From an uncultured Candidatus Peribacteria bacterium (GTDB lineage: Bacteria > Patescibacteriota > Gracilibacteria > Peribacterales > Peribacteraceae), in assembly GCA_964434575.1 (NCBI GenBank), contig CAYSWB010000003.1:57266-121265 (forward strand): DNA of 64,000 bases. The letters are read 5' to 3'. The notes under the pieces are model-generated. The model had not been told where the DNA came from. It saw only the letters and a list, made by a program, of their open reading frames with translations, and did not search any database. Position numbers and translations under genes: made by a program. The first letter of the stretch is position 1, and each line of letters opens with the position of its first letter. Of this stretch, positions 9,210 to 17,958 are shown piece by piece.

Positions 9210-9534
9210 TGGGCATGGAGGCTACGTACTGCTCAAGGTTATCGAGACGGTCGCTCCAGAGCCGCTCGTAGTGCTTCAGGTAATCGGCGGCGGACTTGAA
9301 CGCGACCGGCGACAGCTGCACGCGCTGCTCTTTGCCCAATCGCCTCTTCACGACCAGGTGCGCGCGCTCCAGGATCTTCAGGTGCTTGGAAATCCCCGCC
9401 AGCGTCAGCTTATACGGCGCGGCGATCTCGCCGACCGACATCTCTTCCTTGGCCACCCGCTGCAGGATGTCGCGACGGATGGGGTCGGCGAGGCAGGAGA
9501 AGATGCTGTCGAGGGACAAAGAACATTCAACCAT
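9202..9534 (-). CDS. ArsR/SmtB-family HTH transcriptional regulator
   Basis: 110 aa. CLADPIRRDILQRVAKEEMSVGEIAAPYKLTLAGISKHLKILERAHLV is a typical ArsR winged-helix region. Confidence 0.9.
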   Translation of the reverse strand: MVECSLSLDSIFSCLADPIRRDILQRVAKEEMSVGEIAAPYKLTLAGISKHLKILERAHLVVKRRLGKEQRVQLSPVAFKSAADYLKHYERLWSDRLDNLEQYVASMPND

Positions 9535-9542
9535 TTGGTTGA

Positions 9543-9571
9543 ATGATAATGCCTAGGGTGGAAGACGTCAA
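9543..9571 (-). promoter_or_regulatory. sigma70-like promoter of the arsR-SRPBCC operon
   Basis: On the minus strand it reads TTGACG-17 nt-TATCAT, with 8 nt from the -10 to the ATG at 9534. Confidence 0.5.
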
Positions 9572-9658
9572 CGCAAAAGAGATGACGTCGTACCATGCGC
9601 GTTTCTTACATCGTCGACTTGCCCGGCGCGGCCACCTGTCCCCTGCTACCATGGGCAC

Positions 9659-10057
9659 ATGCGCACCTTCCCGATGCTGTTTCTGCGACGTGTGTTCTCG
9701 GGAGTGATCGTCTCGTTGCCCGCCACCGGCTGGGCCACCGCCCAGAGCGTCGACGGACCCGGTCCGTTCGCCGTGTCCGCGCTCATCGCCTGCGCGCTGG
9801 CGACGGGGCCTTTCATCGGGTTGTTCACGAGCTGGTACCACGCGCACAAAGCCACCCGCAACGTGTATGCGGTCGTCGGCAGCGCCATCCTCGCGTTCAT
9901 CGCCGGGGCGCTGCTGCTGAAGATCGACTTGGACACGCGCGAAGGCATGGCGGGACTCTTCACGATTTTGTTCCTCATGCCCTACTTCATCGTGTCCATG
10001 TGCGCGATCGTGGTCTACGGGATCGTGGACGTGGTCCGTTTCGAGAAAAGGCGCTAG
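9659..10057 (+). CDS. polytopic membrane protein, unknown function
   Basis: 132 aa with about 4 hydrophobic spans. TGCTACCAT (hexamer 9647-9652) lies 6 nt before the ATG. Confidence 0.55.
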   Translation: MRTFPMLFLRRVFSGVIVSLPATGWATAQSVDGPGPFAVSALIACALATGPFIGLFTSWYHAHKATRNVYAVVGSAILAFIAGALLLKIDLDTREGMAGLFTILFLMPYFIVSMCAIVVYGIVDVVRFEKRR

Positions 10058-10413
10058 AACGGATCGACGATCACCTTGAATCCGCCGTGCGTCATGCGGT
10101 TCATCTTGAAGGGCATGTCCTTGAACATGGACGGATCCATGGCGGGGTCCTTCATCACTTTTGCGTTCACCGCGTCGCGGTGCTTGCGGGATTTGTACAG
10201 GATGTACGAGAACACCACGACCTCGCCTTTCTTCAGCTTGGCCAGCTTGGGAAAGGACACCACGCCCTGGTGCACCTCCATGTCATCGGCGACGCACTCC
10301 TTGTAATCCAACGCGCCGTGCTTCTTCCACGTCTTGCCGCCCAAAACGGCCATTTTTTTGTACGCCTTCAGGTTTTTCTTCGGGAGGGCGATGACGAATC
10401 CGTCTACGTACAT
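10054..10413 (-). CDS. DUF1428-family protein
   Basis: 119 aa from MYVDGFVIALPKKNLKAYKKMA ... VVFSYILYKSRKHRDAVNAKVMKDP ... MPFKMNRMTHGGF. The Arg-rich upstream part of track ORF 10054-10755 is rejected. Confidence 0.8.
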   Translation of the reverse strand: MYVDGFVIALPKKNLKAYKKMAVLGGKTWKKHGALDYKECVADDMEVHQGVVSFPKLAKLKKGEVVVFSYILYKSRKHRDAVNAKVMKDPAMDPSMFKDMPFKMNRMTHGGFKVIVDPF

Positions 10414-10511
10414 GGGGGAAGGGGGAAGATGATTGGATGAGTGTAAGGCTCGGATGCAGGCCGCGCAAACGGGTCCGCCTTGCTGACGGATGAAGCCGGA
10501 CAACATGACCG

Positions 10512-11909
10512 TTATGCCGCCGCGATTGTGAACGTGACGGTGGTACCCATCCCCTTCTCGCTCTTCACGGAGATGCGCCCGCCCGCCGCCTCGATGACGT
10601 TGCGGGTGACGAACAGACCCAAACCGTTGCCGACCGCCTTGTACTTGGTGGCGTCTTTGCCGCGGTGGAATTCGGCGAATACGTACGGCAGTTCGTCTGC
10701 GGGGATGCCGCAGCCGCTGTCGGACACGGACACGGTGACCTGACCCTTGTCGCACGCAGCACGCACCAGGATGGCGGTGTTGTTAGGCGAGTACGTCACG
10801 GCATTATCCAACAGTTCGTGCAGCACTCCCTTCAGCGCCTCCGGCTGCATGCGAACCTGGCCGCAGCCGCCAAAGTCCACGGTCATATCCAGCTTCTTGC
10901 CGGTCAGTATGGGCTGCAATTCGGCGCGGACCTCCTGGAATACATCCGGCAGCGAAGCGGATCCGGCGACCGCCGTCGCGCCGGCGGAATCATCGGCGCG
11001 CTGGAGCGTGTTCACCAGGTCCTGAGCCCGGCCGAGCGAAGCGGACAGGTTTTTGTACGCCTCGGCTTTCTGCTCGGACGGAGCGGCGTCCTGCTCCTTC
11101 AGCGCGTCCAACCACCAGCGCATGCCGGTAAGCGGCGCTCCCAACTGGTGCATCGTCAGACGGACGACGTTGGTGCGGATGGCGGCGACGCGCTTCTCTT
11201 CGGCGATCTTGCGGCGCCAGATGTAGAAGCCGACGTACGCGGCCACGAGCACGCCCACGAACGCGATGAGCATGAGCGCGGCGAGCGAGAACGCGCCCTG
11301 CGAGAGGCGCAGGTATTCGCCTGCATCCAAATCGATGCCGATGGCGTACATGCCGTCGCCGACCGGAGCCAGCGCGGTGATCACGGGACCCCACTTGTCG
11401 TCGTAGACCGGCGTGACCACGACGCGTTCGAACGCCGGACCCTGCAGTTCGGGCTGATCGCTGACGTCGTACTTCTCGCCGGGCAACGCGGCGGCCTCAT
11501 CTTCGTCCACGGCACCGTTCTTGTTCTCGTCGAGCTCCGCGTCGGACAGCACGGCATCGGCATCCACCACAAACTCCACGACCTTCGGATCATCCGTCTT
11601 GCGGAAGATGTACACGAAACGGGCGTTCGGTACGGCATCCCGCACGGCGTTCAGCGAACCCGCGATGTCGCGGAAGACGGCGCGCGACGCGTCGGCGGGC
11701 TCATCGATGGTCCACAAGTCCCCCGTCGGGACCTGCATGGCCGCCAACGTGGCGGCGGTGCTCATCTCTTGGCGGATCTTCTCCCCCATCACGCGGTTGG
11801 TGTGCAGGTACAACCCGGCGCCGATGGCGACGGTGACGGCGAATACCAAGATCGCCGGCACGAACATGCTCAGCGATTTCGAGTTCCGGACGCGACCGCT
11901 ATCGGCCAT
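10512..11909 (-). CDS. sensor histidine kinase (two TM helices, extracytoplasmic domain, HisKA + HATPase_c)
   Basis: 465 aa. H-box LTMHQLGAPLTGMRWW, N-box ELLDNAVTYSP, G-boxes DSGCGIP and GNGLGLFV. No response regulator is present in the window. Confidence 0.9.
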   Translation of the reverse strand: MADSGRVRNSKSLSMFVPAILVFAVTVAIGAGLYLHTNRVMGEKIRQEMSTAATLAAMQVPTGDLWTIDEPADASRAVFRDIAGSLNAVRDAVPNARFVYIFRKTDDPKVVEFVVDADAVLSDAELDENKNGAVDEDEAAALPGEKYDVSDQPELQGPAFERVVVTPVYDDKWGPVITALAPVGDGMYAIGIDLDAGEYLRLSQGAFSLAALMLIAFVGVLVAAYVGFYIWRRKIAEEKRVAAIRTNVVRLTMHQLGAPLTGMRWWLDALKEQDAAPSEQKAEAYKNLSASLGRAQDLVNTLQRADDSAGATAVAGSASLPDVFQEVRAELQPILTGKKLDMTVDFGGCGQVRMQPEALKGVLHELLDNAVTYSPNNTAILVRAACDKGQVTVSVSDSGCGIPADELPYVFAEFHRGKDATKYKAVGNGLGLFVTRNVIEAAGGRISVKSEKGMGTTVTFTIAAA

Positions 11910-11934
11910 GGGATTGGGGTTGTATGTTATCTAT

Positions 11935-11963
11935 ATTATACAATATTTATGTATTTATGACAA
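11935..11963 (-). promoter_or_regulatory. sigma70-like promoter of the histidine kinase gene
   Basis: On the minus strand it reads TTGTCA-17 nt-TATAAT, inside an AT-rich block, about 25 nt upstream of the ATG at 11909. Confidence 0.55.
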
Positions 11964-12053
11964 TATAACGAATGCGGGAAGGCAAAGCATGGGTCCTTGA
12001 CGGCCTCGATTCGCCCGCGGTACGAAAAATCACCCCGCTACCAGGCGACTTTT

Positions 12054-12081
12054 TTGACTGTGCTGCAAAAATCAGTAGCGT
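12054..12081 (+). promoter_or_regulatory. promoter, leaderless type
   Basis: TTGACT-16 nt-TAGCGT, then 6 nt, then the ATG at 12088. Confidence 0.45.
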
Positions 12082-12087
12082 TACGTC

Positions 12088-12798
12088 ATGGTAGAGAAGA
12101 CGCCGTTCCTCAAGGCGGCACAAGAGATCGCCGGCCACCCGTTCTTGCAGGAACTCAGCCAAGGCAGGCTCCCCCTCCCGAAACTGGAGCGTTACTTATC
12201 GGCGCGGTTGCAGACCGGCCCGGGCTTCGTGGATTTCCTGTCCAGGCTGGCCGCACAAGCGCGTGAGCAAGGGCTGTTGGATGCCGCCGCGGCGGCGCAA
12301 AAAAACTACGACGAAGAAATGGGCATCGTGAACGGCGCGGTGATACTTCCGAAAGCACACCATGAATGGCGCCGTTGGTTCCGTGAAGGCATGGTCCGCG
12401 TGATGGCCGAACGCGGCATCGTGCAGCGCGCCGATCCTCCGGCGGATTTCCCGGAAGTGAACGGTTATCCGCAGGCGTTCGCCGAACTCAACGCGCGCGC
12501 CGACGTGCCGGAATCCATGGGCGCGCTGGCGGTGTTCGAGCAGGGACTGGGCGACGAGTACGCGCGGGTGCTGGAGGGTCTGGAGTTGCTGTTCCCCGGC
12601 CGGCTGACCAGGAAGGAAATGGTCTACATCCGCGGCCACGTGAACCATGAAGGCAGGCATTTCGACGAGGCCTACGGACCGCTGAAGGTACTGTGCACGA
12701 CCCGCGCCCACGTGGATGCCGCGCTGCGGGGCGCGGAAATAGCCAAAAGCGTGAAACTGCGGTTCTTGGACGGTGCGTACCGCGGAGACGCTGCATAA
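12088..12798 (+). CDS. heme-oxygenase-like fold / iron-containing redox enzyme family protein (TenA/PqqC/HDO-like)
   Basis: 236 aa. HPFLQELSQGRLPLPKLERYL, NYDEEMG...HHEW, EQGLGDEYARV and GHVNHEGRHFDEA give Glu/His-rich helical motifs as in di-iron heme-oxygenase-like proteins. Confidence 0.6.
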   Translation: MVEKTPFLKAAQEIAGHPFLQELSQGRLPLPKLERYLSARLQTGPGFVDFLSRLAAQAREQGLLDAAAAAQKNYDEEMGIVNGAVILPKAHHEWRRWFREGMVRVMAERGIVQRADPPADFPEVNGYPQAFAELNARADVPESMGALAVFEQGLGDEYARVLEGLELLFPGRLTRKEMVYIRGHVNHEGRHFDEAYGPLKVLCTTRAHVDAALRGAEIAKSVKLRFLDGAYRGDAA

Positions 12799-12814
12799 AA
12801 AGAAGGGTTTTCGG

Positions 12815-12842
12815 TTGAACAGTGCGATGGAACGACTAGAAT
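12815..12842 (+). promoter_or_regulatory. sigma70-like promoter
   Basis: TTGAAC-16 nt-TAGAAT, with 12 nt from the -10 to the ATG at 12855. Confidence 0.5.
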
Positions 12843-12854
12843 GTTCCCTCCCCC

Positions 12855-13913
12855 ATGGGACTCCATTCTTTCGCCGGCCCCGACACGCCGACCACGGCGC
12901 AGCTGGTTGAAAGACTGCATGCCGATTTGAAGGTGCCGCACGTGAACGTCTTCAAAATGAAAGAGGTGCCGGCGGGCGCGCACCCCAAAGTGGAACGCGC
13001 GTTCCGCATGTTCAAAACGCTGCCGGATTTGTGGCGGACGCAGTTCGCGCCCCTCCTTGCGAGCGAGACGCTGGGGCTGCGCGGCTCGCGCGGCATGTCC
13101 TTCGACGCCGAGGGATTCGATGCGTACATGGCCTCGCTGGAGCACCCGGATGCGCTGACCCTGGTGTTGCGCGAAACCACCAACGTCACCATCGACAACG
13201 CGTTGCGTGAATTCGGCATGCGCTGCAAAGCTGCGATCGGCACCGGCGACGAAGCGGGCAGCATGGCAGAACGCTATGGCGAAGCGGACACGCTGATGTC
13301 CGGCGTGATCACCAATCCGCATACGCTGTCCGCCATGCGTGAACCGCGCTGGGGAACCGAAGCCGCTTCCCGCCAGGGATTCCGTGCCGCGCGCGACGCC
13401 GAGTGGCGGCTGCAGGGCGTCTTCCCCCGCGTGGCGACCGTGAACTACGAACACGATTTGAACGAAGCGGAAGCGCGTGCGCTGTCCGGCGACGGCATCG
13501 CCGGAACGCTCGGCGCGCTGGCCGACTGCCACGAGGACGTGTTCCTTGCCATCCGCCGCGTGCTGCGCGGGACCCCCGACCATGCGCTGGACGTGCCCTA
13601 TCAGCCGGAGAACTTCGTCATCGCAGATCGCGGCGAAGGAAAGCTGACGCTGGATATTTCCCAGAGGGTATTCGACATCGTGCGTGGAAGCGAACTGGAC
13701 ATCGACGGGCCGTGGACCGGCTGCCCGGCCATCCCGTTCATCCGCCAATATCACCTGTGGAGTTCGATGGTCGCGGGCAAACACTACCTGCCGCACATCC
13801 CGCGGCTGCAAGCGAAATTACGCGCGCGCTCCGCGGTACCCAAGACGACGCCGGTCGACGAAGCGAGCCGGCCGGGCACCGCGCCGCATCCGCTGGGAAA
13901 CATCAAACTCTGA
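12855..13913 (+). CDS. hypothetical protein (352 aa), no family recognised
   Basis: Long ORF with ordinary composition and its own promoter, immediately downstream of the HDO-like gene. Confidence 0.6.
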   Translation: MGLHSFAGPDTPTTAQLVERLHADLKVPHVNVFKMKEVPAGAHPKVERAFRMFKTLPDLWRTQFAPLLASETLGLRGSRGMSFDAEGFDAYMASLEHPDALTLVLRETTNVTIDNALREFGMRCKAAIGTGDEAGSMAERYGEADTLMSGVITNPHTLSAMREPRWGTEAASRQGFRAARDAEWRLQGVFPRVATVNYEHDLNEAEARALSGDGIAGTLGALADCHEDVFLAIRRVLRGTPDHALDVPYQPENFVIADRGEGKLTLDISQRVFDIVRGSELDIDGPWTGCPAIPFIRQYHLWSSMVAGKHYLPHIPRLQAKLRARSAVPKTTPVDEASRPGTAPHPLGNIKL

Positions 13914-13918
13914 CGTGG

Positions 13919-13994
13919 TGGTGCGCTCGGTGGGGGTCGAACCCACAACCTTCGCCTTCGGAGGGCGACGCTCTATCCATTGAGCTACGAGCGC
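13919..13994 (-). tRNA. tRNA-Arg (anticodon CCG)
   Basis: 76-nt cloverleaf on the minus strand: GCGCTCG..GCTC-AATGGAT-A-GAGC..TCGCC-CTCCGAA-GGCGA..GTGGG-TTCGACC-CCCAC-CGAGCGC-A-CCA. Confidence 0.9.
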
Positions 13995-14110
13995 ATGTGC
14001 GCGGTTCCGCTGCGGGCTGCAAAGATCGGGGCGTCGCGTGTAGGCATGGACACGGCCGATTCGCGACGGGCGCAGTGTACCATCCCGCCAAACCCCGTGG
14101 ATTACTTTGA

Positions 14111-14878
14111 TCAGCCCTGCTTCAATCCGAAGAACTCCGCAGTATTGGCGTCCAAAATCCGCTCGGCTTCGGTCGTATCGATGCCCCTGGTCTTCGCGAC
14201 GGTGGCCAGCACCTCGGTCACGAACATCGGCTCGTTGCGCTTGCCGCGGTGCGGAATGGGCGCCAGGTACGGCGCGTCGGTTTCGATCATCATCCGCTCC
14301 AGCGGACAACGCCGGATGCAGTCGCGGATGACATCCGACTTGGGATACGTGGCAATGCCCGTGAACGACAGGAAATATCCGGCGTCCACGAAACGCTTCA
14401 CGTCGTCCCACTTCTCCGTGCAACAGTGGATGACGAGCTTCTGCGGCTTCACGTGGTTCACGATCGCCCACACGTCCTCGACGGCGTCGCGGCAGTGCAC
14501 CACCGCCGGCACATGCAATTCCTTCGCGATCGACAGCTGCACCTCGAACGCTTTTTGCTGCACCTCCTTGGGGCTGTTCATATAGTGGTAATCCAGCCCG
14601 ATCTCCCCCACCGCCTTGCATTTGGGATGCTTGAGCGCCGCACGGATGGCGTCCGGGTCGCGCGCGAAATCGAATCCCGACGCCACGTGCGGATGCACGC
14701 CCATCGTCCACGTCACGCAGTCGAACCGCTCGGAGATGTCGCGGCACTTCCCGCCCTCCTTCATGCTGTCGGCGATGCAGATCATGCGCGACACGCCGGC
14801 GGCGTTCGCGCGCGCCACCACATCGACGATGTCGGCGTCGAACTTGGCGTCGGCGAGGTGGCAATGTGAATCGATCAC
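14111..14878 (-). CDS. tatD: TatD-family metal-dependent hydrolase/DNase
   Basis: 255 aa. (GTG)IDSHCHL, GEIGLDYHY, VVHCRD and ETDAPYLAP motifs. TACCAT (14885-14890) lies 6 nt upstream of the GTG. Confidence 0.9.
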   Translation of the reverse strand: MIDSHCHLADAKFDADIVDVVARANAAGVSRMICIADSMKEGGKCRDISERFDCVTWTMGVHPHVASGFDFARDPDAIRAALKHPKCKAVGEIGLDYHYMNSPKEVQQKAFEVQLSIAKELHVPAVVHCRDAVEDVWAIVNHVKPQKLVIHCCTEKWDDVKRFVDAGYFLSFTGIATYPKSDVIRDCIRRCPLERMMIETDAPYLAPIPHRGKRNEPMFVTEVLATVAKTRGIDTTEAERILDANTAEFFGLKQG

Positions 14879-14884
14879 GCGGCC

Positions 14885-14894
14885 ATGGTACAGT
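14885..14894. promoter_or_regulatory. overlapping divergent -10 elements
   Basis: The minus strand reads TACCAT, 6 nt from the tatD GTG at 14878. The plus strand reads TGgTACAGT, 7 nt from the ATG at 14902. The two start codons are only 24 nt apart. Confidence 0.45.
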
Positions 14895-14901
14895 CTCCTG
14901 C

Positions 14902-15399
14902 ATGAAACACTCCATCACCCTCGCGGCCGGCGCTTGCGTCTTGCTGCTCTGTTCGGCGTGCGCACCGGAAAAGCCGTCGCTGCCGCCGGGCATGGAATCC
15001 ATCGAGATGCGGCTGCAGGCCATCGCGGACGGCAAGGCCGACGCGGCGGACATGACCATGATCTACGACGACGTGCACGGACTCTGGGGTGGTGTTCGCA
15101 TGACGATGCACGGCGACGGCCGCGTGGAGCAGGAAGTGCACGCGCCGGTGGAAGCGCATCCCGAAGGGCATGACATCACCAAGGAACACGTGCGCGTCAT
15201 CGCGCAGTTGCTGGTGGACCTGCAGGCCTGGGAACAGCTGACGCCCGAACGCGAAGCCAACGAAGACGAAAGCCGGACGATGCTCACCATCCGCATCGGC
15301 GCGCTGGAAAGCAGCATCTGGGAATGGCACAACGAGCAAGTCTCCAACGACCGCATCTACAAGGTCTACATGCGGTTGGCCGAGTTCGCCCGCGGCTAA
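14902..15399 (+). CDS. putative lipoprotein / secreted protein
   Basis: MKHSITLAAGACVLLLCSAC is a signal-like N-terminus. No family recognised. Confidence 0.6.
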   Translation: MKHSITLAAGACVLLLCSACAPEKPSLPPGMESIEMRLQAIADGKADAADMTMIYDDVHGLWGGVRMTMHGDGRVEQEVHAPVEAHPEGHDITKEHVRVIAQLLVDLQAWEQLTPEREANEDESRTMLTIRIGALESSIWEWHNEQVSNDRIYKVYMRLAEFARG

Positions 15400-16100
15400 A
15401 GCGCGCAGGACGGCTGCGACTGGTCCAACGTCGCGGCATGCACGGTGCCGCCGCAGTATTGGACGATGGACTGCCGGAGTTGCTCCAGAACCACTTCCAG
15501 TTCGCCTCGCTGGGTGGGCGGCAGCGCCTCGATGACGATGACGGCGTTGCGGGTTGTTTCCGTCAGGCACGTGCGGCCGGCCTCGCGCCAGTTGAATTTT
15601 CGGCACAGCGCGCCCTCGTCGTCCTTGTAGACCACCTCCCCCACTTCCGGCGGCTCATTCGCCATGCTGCCGATGGTCGAGAACGGCTCGGTGCCGTCGG
15701 CGAACGTCAGCCAGATATCGCCGCGGCAGGCGTCCAGATCTTCGCCGCCGACCGGCATCATGTTCTGGAGCGACGCGGCGTTGTACAAATCCACCAGCAG
15801 ATTGATGGCCGGAAGCTCGCCGCCTTTCACCACCCTCTTGGCCAGTGCGAACACCGACGGCGGGAACTTGTTGGGGTTGCTGCCGAACGCGGCGTGCGCC
15901 TCCTGCCATGCAGCGATGGACGCGTGGGTCTTCAGCGCTTCGGGGTCCTTGAAACGCTGCCGCACGTCGTTCTCGGCTTTGCGCAAAGACTCGGTGACGG
16001 CCGCCGGCGACGCGCCGTTGTTCACGCCGCGACAGACCAGCAGACCCACCAGCAGCCTGGGGTATTTGTCGAACACGGCCTTGGCGACATGGAATTGCAT
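15396..16100 (-). CDS. B3/B4 tRNA-binding-domain protein
   Basis: 234 aa. INLLVDLYNAASLQNMMPVGGEDLD ... VVYKDDEGALCRKFNWREAGRTCLTETT resembles B3_4 domain proteins. TAGTAT (16107-16112) lies 6 nt upstream of the ATG. Confidence 0.75.
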   Translation of the reverse strand: MQFHVAKAVFDKYPRLLVGLLVCRGVNNGASPAAVTESLRKAENDVRQRFKDPEALKTHASIAAWQEAHAAFGSNPNKFPPSVFALAKRVVKGGELPAINLLVDLYNAASLQNMMPVGGEDLDACRGDIWLTFADGTEPFSTIGSMANEPPEVGEVVYKDDEGALCRKFNWREAGRTCLTETTRNAVIVIEALPPTQRGELEVVLEQLRQSIVQYCGGTVHAATLDQSQPSCAL

Positions 16101-16158
16101 GCGGAGATACTACCTATTATGACGCGCCGGATAGGTGAAAATGACGGATTTCCGTTTA

Positions 16159-16186
16159 TTGACTAAATTACTATTTATCGTACAAT
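16159..16186 (+). promoter_or_regulatory. sigma70-like promoter, leaderless type
   Basis: TTGACT-16 nt-TACAAT, then 6 nt, then the ATG at 16193. Confidence 0.55.
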
Positions 16187-16192
16187 AGAATA

Positions 16193-16942
16193 ATGAGCAC
16201 ACCCAACACGCCAGTTCCTCCCGACGGCCAAGAGCGACAAGATGTGGTTCCTGATCCGGTCGTTCAACCGACCGCGGAAACCATTATGGCCGGCGCAGAT
16301 GCCACCACCGGCAGAGTGGGTGAACTGCTCTCCTTCGAATCCATCGACGACCCAACCGACCGCCGGACCGTGGAAGCCGCATGGGCCTTTTTGCAACAGC
16401 CGTGGACCGGCGACTACGCGGCCCTGTCGGACCACGCCGGCAACGTCGATATGATTCTGGTGATGGGCGGTGCGGATGCACCCGTCATCGAGGATGTCTC
16501 CCGCCGCCTGAACGCCTTCCAGGTGCAGTGCGCCATCGCCGACGCCCGCGCCGAACTCGCGACCGATGCGCCGGATCTCCTGCGTTTGAAATTGCTGGTG
16601 AAAACCGCATCGAGCGTCACGCCGCGGCCCATGGGCGCGACGGAGCAGATCGCCGCCCTGACCGGAGACATCGATGCGCGCGGATTGCACAACGAGGCCT
16701 ATGACCGCATGGTCGCGACCGCGGCCATCATCGACGAAGTTGCCCCGCATCTGGCCGCCGCGAAAGACATCACCACCATGACGACGGCCGCGGCCGGTCT
16801 GCGCGAAGGAGACGTGCGCTGCGTCAAAGTGGCACGCGACGTGGCGGCGAAACTGCGGGCCAACGCATATCCGGTGAAGGACGCCGAATCGAACGCCGTC
16901 CTGCATCTCATCGCCGCGCGCATCGAGCAGTCCGCCACGTAA
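16193..16942 (+). CDS. hypothetical protein (249 aa)
   Basis: It has ordinary composition, whereas the overlapping minus-strand ORF 16175-16906 is Arg/Gly-rich. A strong promoter abuts the ATG. Confidence 0.6.
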   Translation: MSTPNTPVPPDGQERQDVVPDPVVQPTAETIMAGADATTGRVGELLSFESIDDPTDRRTVEAAWAFLQQPWTGDYAALSDHAGNVDMILVMGGADAPVIEDVSRRLNAFQVQCAIADARAELATDAPDLLRLKLLVKTASSVTPRPMGATEQIAALTGDIDARGLHNEAYDRMVATAAIIDEVAPHLAAAKDITTMTTAAAGLREGDVRCVKVARDVAAKLRANAYPVKDAESNAVLHLIAARIEQSAT

Positions 16943-16946
16943 AAAA

Positions 16947-16975
16947 CAGGCCGCCGCCCCGAGGGCAACGGCCTG
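16947..16975. terminator. GC-rich hairpin between convergent genes
   Basis: caggccg...cggcctg outer stem with inner gccc/gggc pairing. It is flanked by an A-run upstream and gttttg downstream. Confidence 0.5.
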
Positions 16976-16991
16976 CGATCGTTTTGCGATG

Positions 16992-17852
16992 CTACAGCGC
17001 CGACAACAGTTCTTTCATGCGCTCCCACGAGGCATTGCGCGCTTCCACGTTGGGCCCTTCTCCGCCCGGATCCTCGCCGCTGCGCATGTACGCGTGGCCG
17101 GCTCCGTCGTAGATCTCGTAGTTGAATTCCTTGCCGGCGTCGGTCATGGCTTTCTCGGACGCCTCGATGGTGGCGTTCACGCGTTCATCGGCGCCGCCGT
17201 AGAAAGCCTCCACCGGTGCCTTGATGGTCTTGTAGGCCGCGGCATCCGCGGGGCCTGTACCGTAGAACACCATCGCCAGATCGAGGTCGTCGTACTTGGT
17301 CGCGAACGTGAAGGACTGCGATCCGCCCCAGCAGAAACCCGCGGATGCCAGCTTGCCGTTGGAAGCCGGGATCGTCTTGGCCCAGTCGGCCACGGCGGCC
17401 AAATCGGCCTGCACGTCCTCGGGCTTCAGCTGTCCGAGCGCCGTGCGGGCGGCGTCCTCGTTCTCGAAGTCGCTGGTGCGCTTGTCGGTCTCGCTGAAGT
17501 CGGAGAGCAGGTCCGGGGCAACCGCGATGTAACCGGCTTCTGCCACCTGGTCGGCCATGCCGCGGGCCCAGTCGTTCAGGCCCCGGTTCTCATGGATGAG
17601 CACGACCACGGGAACTTTCTCGGCGGTCTGCGGATACACCACCCACGCGTGGATGGTCTTGTCGCCTCGCTTCACCTCCACCCATTCCTGGTGGCGCGGG
17701 GAATTGTTCAGTCGCTGCACGGCGGTGTTCGTGGTGCTGCTGCTGGCCTCCATGCTGTGGCTGGAATGGTCCATGCCTTGTGGCGAAGACGGCGTGCCGG
17801 AAGCGCACGCGACGAACAACAGGGCCGATGATGCGATGAGGAATTTGTTCAT
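16992..17852 (-). CDS. dienelactone hydrolase family protein (lipoprotein signal)
   Basis: 286 aa. MNKFLIASSALLFVAC lipobox-like signal, and GFCWGG nucleophile-elbow motif. TACACT (17859-17864) lies 6 nt upstream of the ATG. Confidence 0.85.
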   Translation of the reverse strand: MNKFLIASSALLFVACASGTPSSPQGMDHSSHSMEASSSTTNTAVQRLNNSPRHQEWVEVKRGDKTIHAWVVYPQTAEKVPVVVLIHENRGLNDWARGMADQVAEAGYIAVAPDLLSDFSETDKRTSDFENEDAARTALGQLKPEDVQADLAAVADWAKTIPASNGKLASAGFCWGGSQSFTFATKYDDLDLAMVFYGTGPADAAAYKTIKAPVEAFYGGADERVNATIEASEKAMTDAGKEFNYEIYDGAGHAYMRSGEDPGGEGPNVEARNASWERMKELLSAL

Positions 17853-17958
17853 GGAACGAGTGTAACGAATAGGATGGCACTGGCACTAGATGACGTGCCG
17901 AAGAGGGCTTTCTTTCGAGAAAGAAATCATGTTTGCGCACATGCCAAGCGTCATGCGG

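Noticed and set aside
13818-15059. 413-aa minus-strand ORF spanning tRNA-Arg and tatD
   Set aside because: It runs through a tRNA gene and is out of frame with the recognisable TatD sequence. Its composition is Arg-rich.
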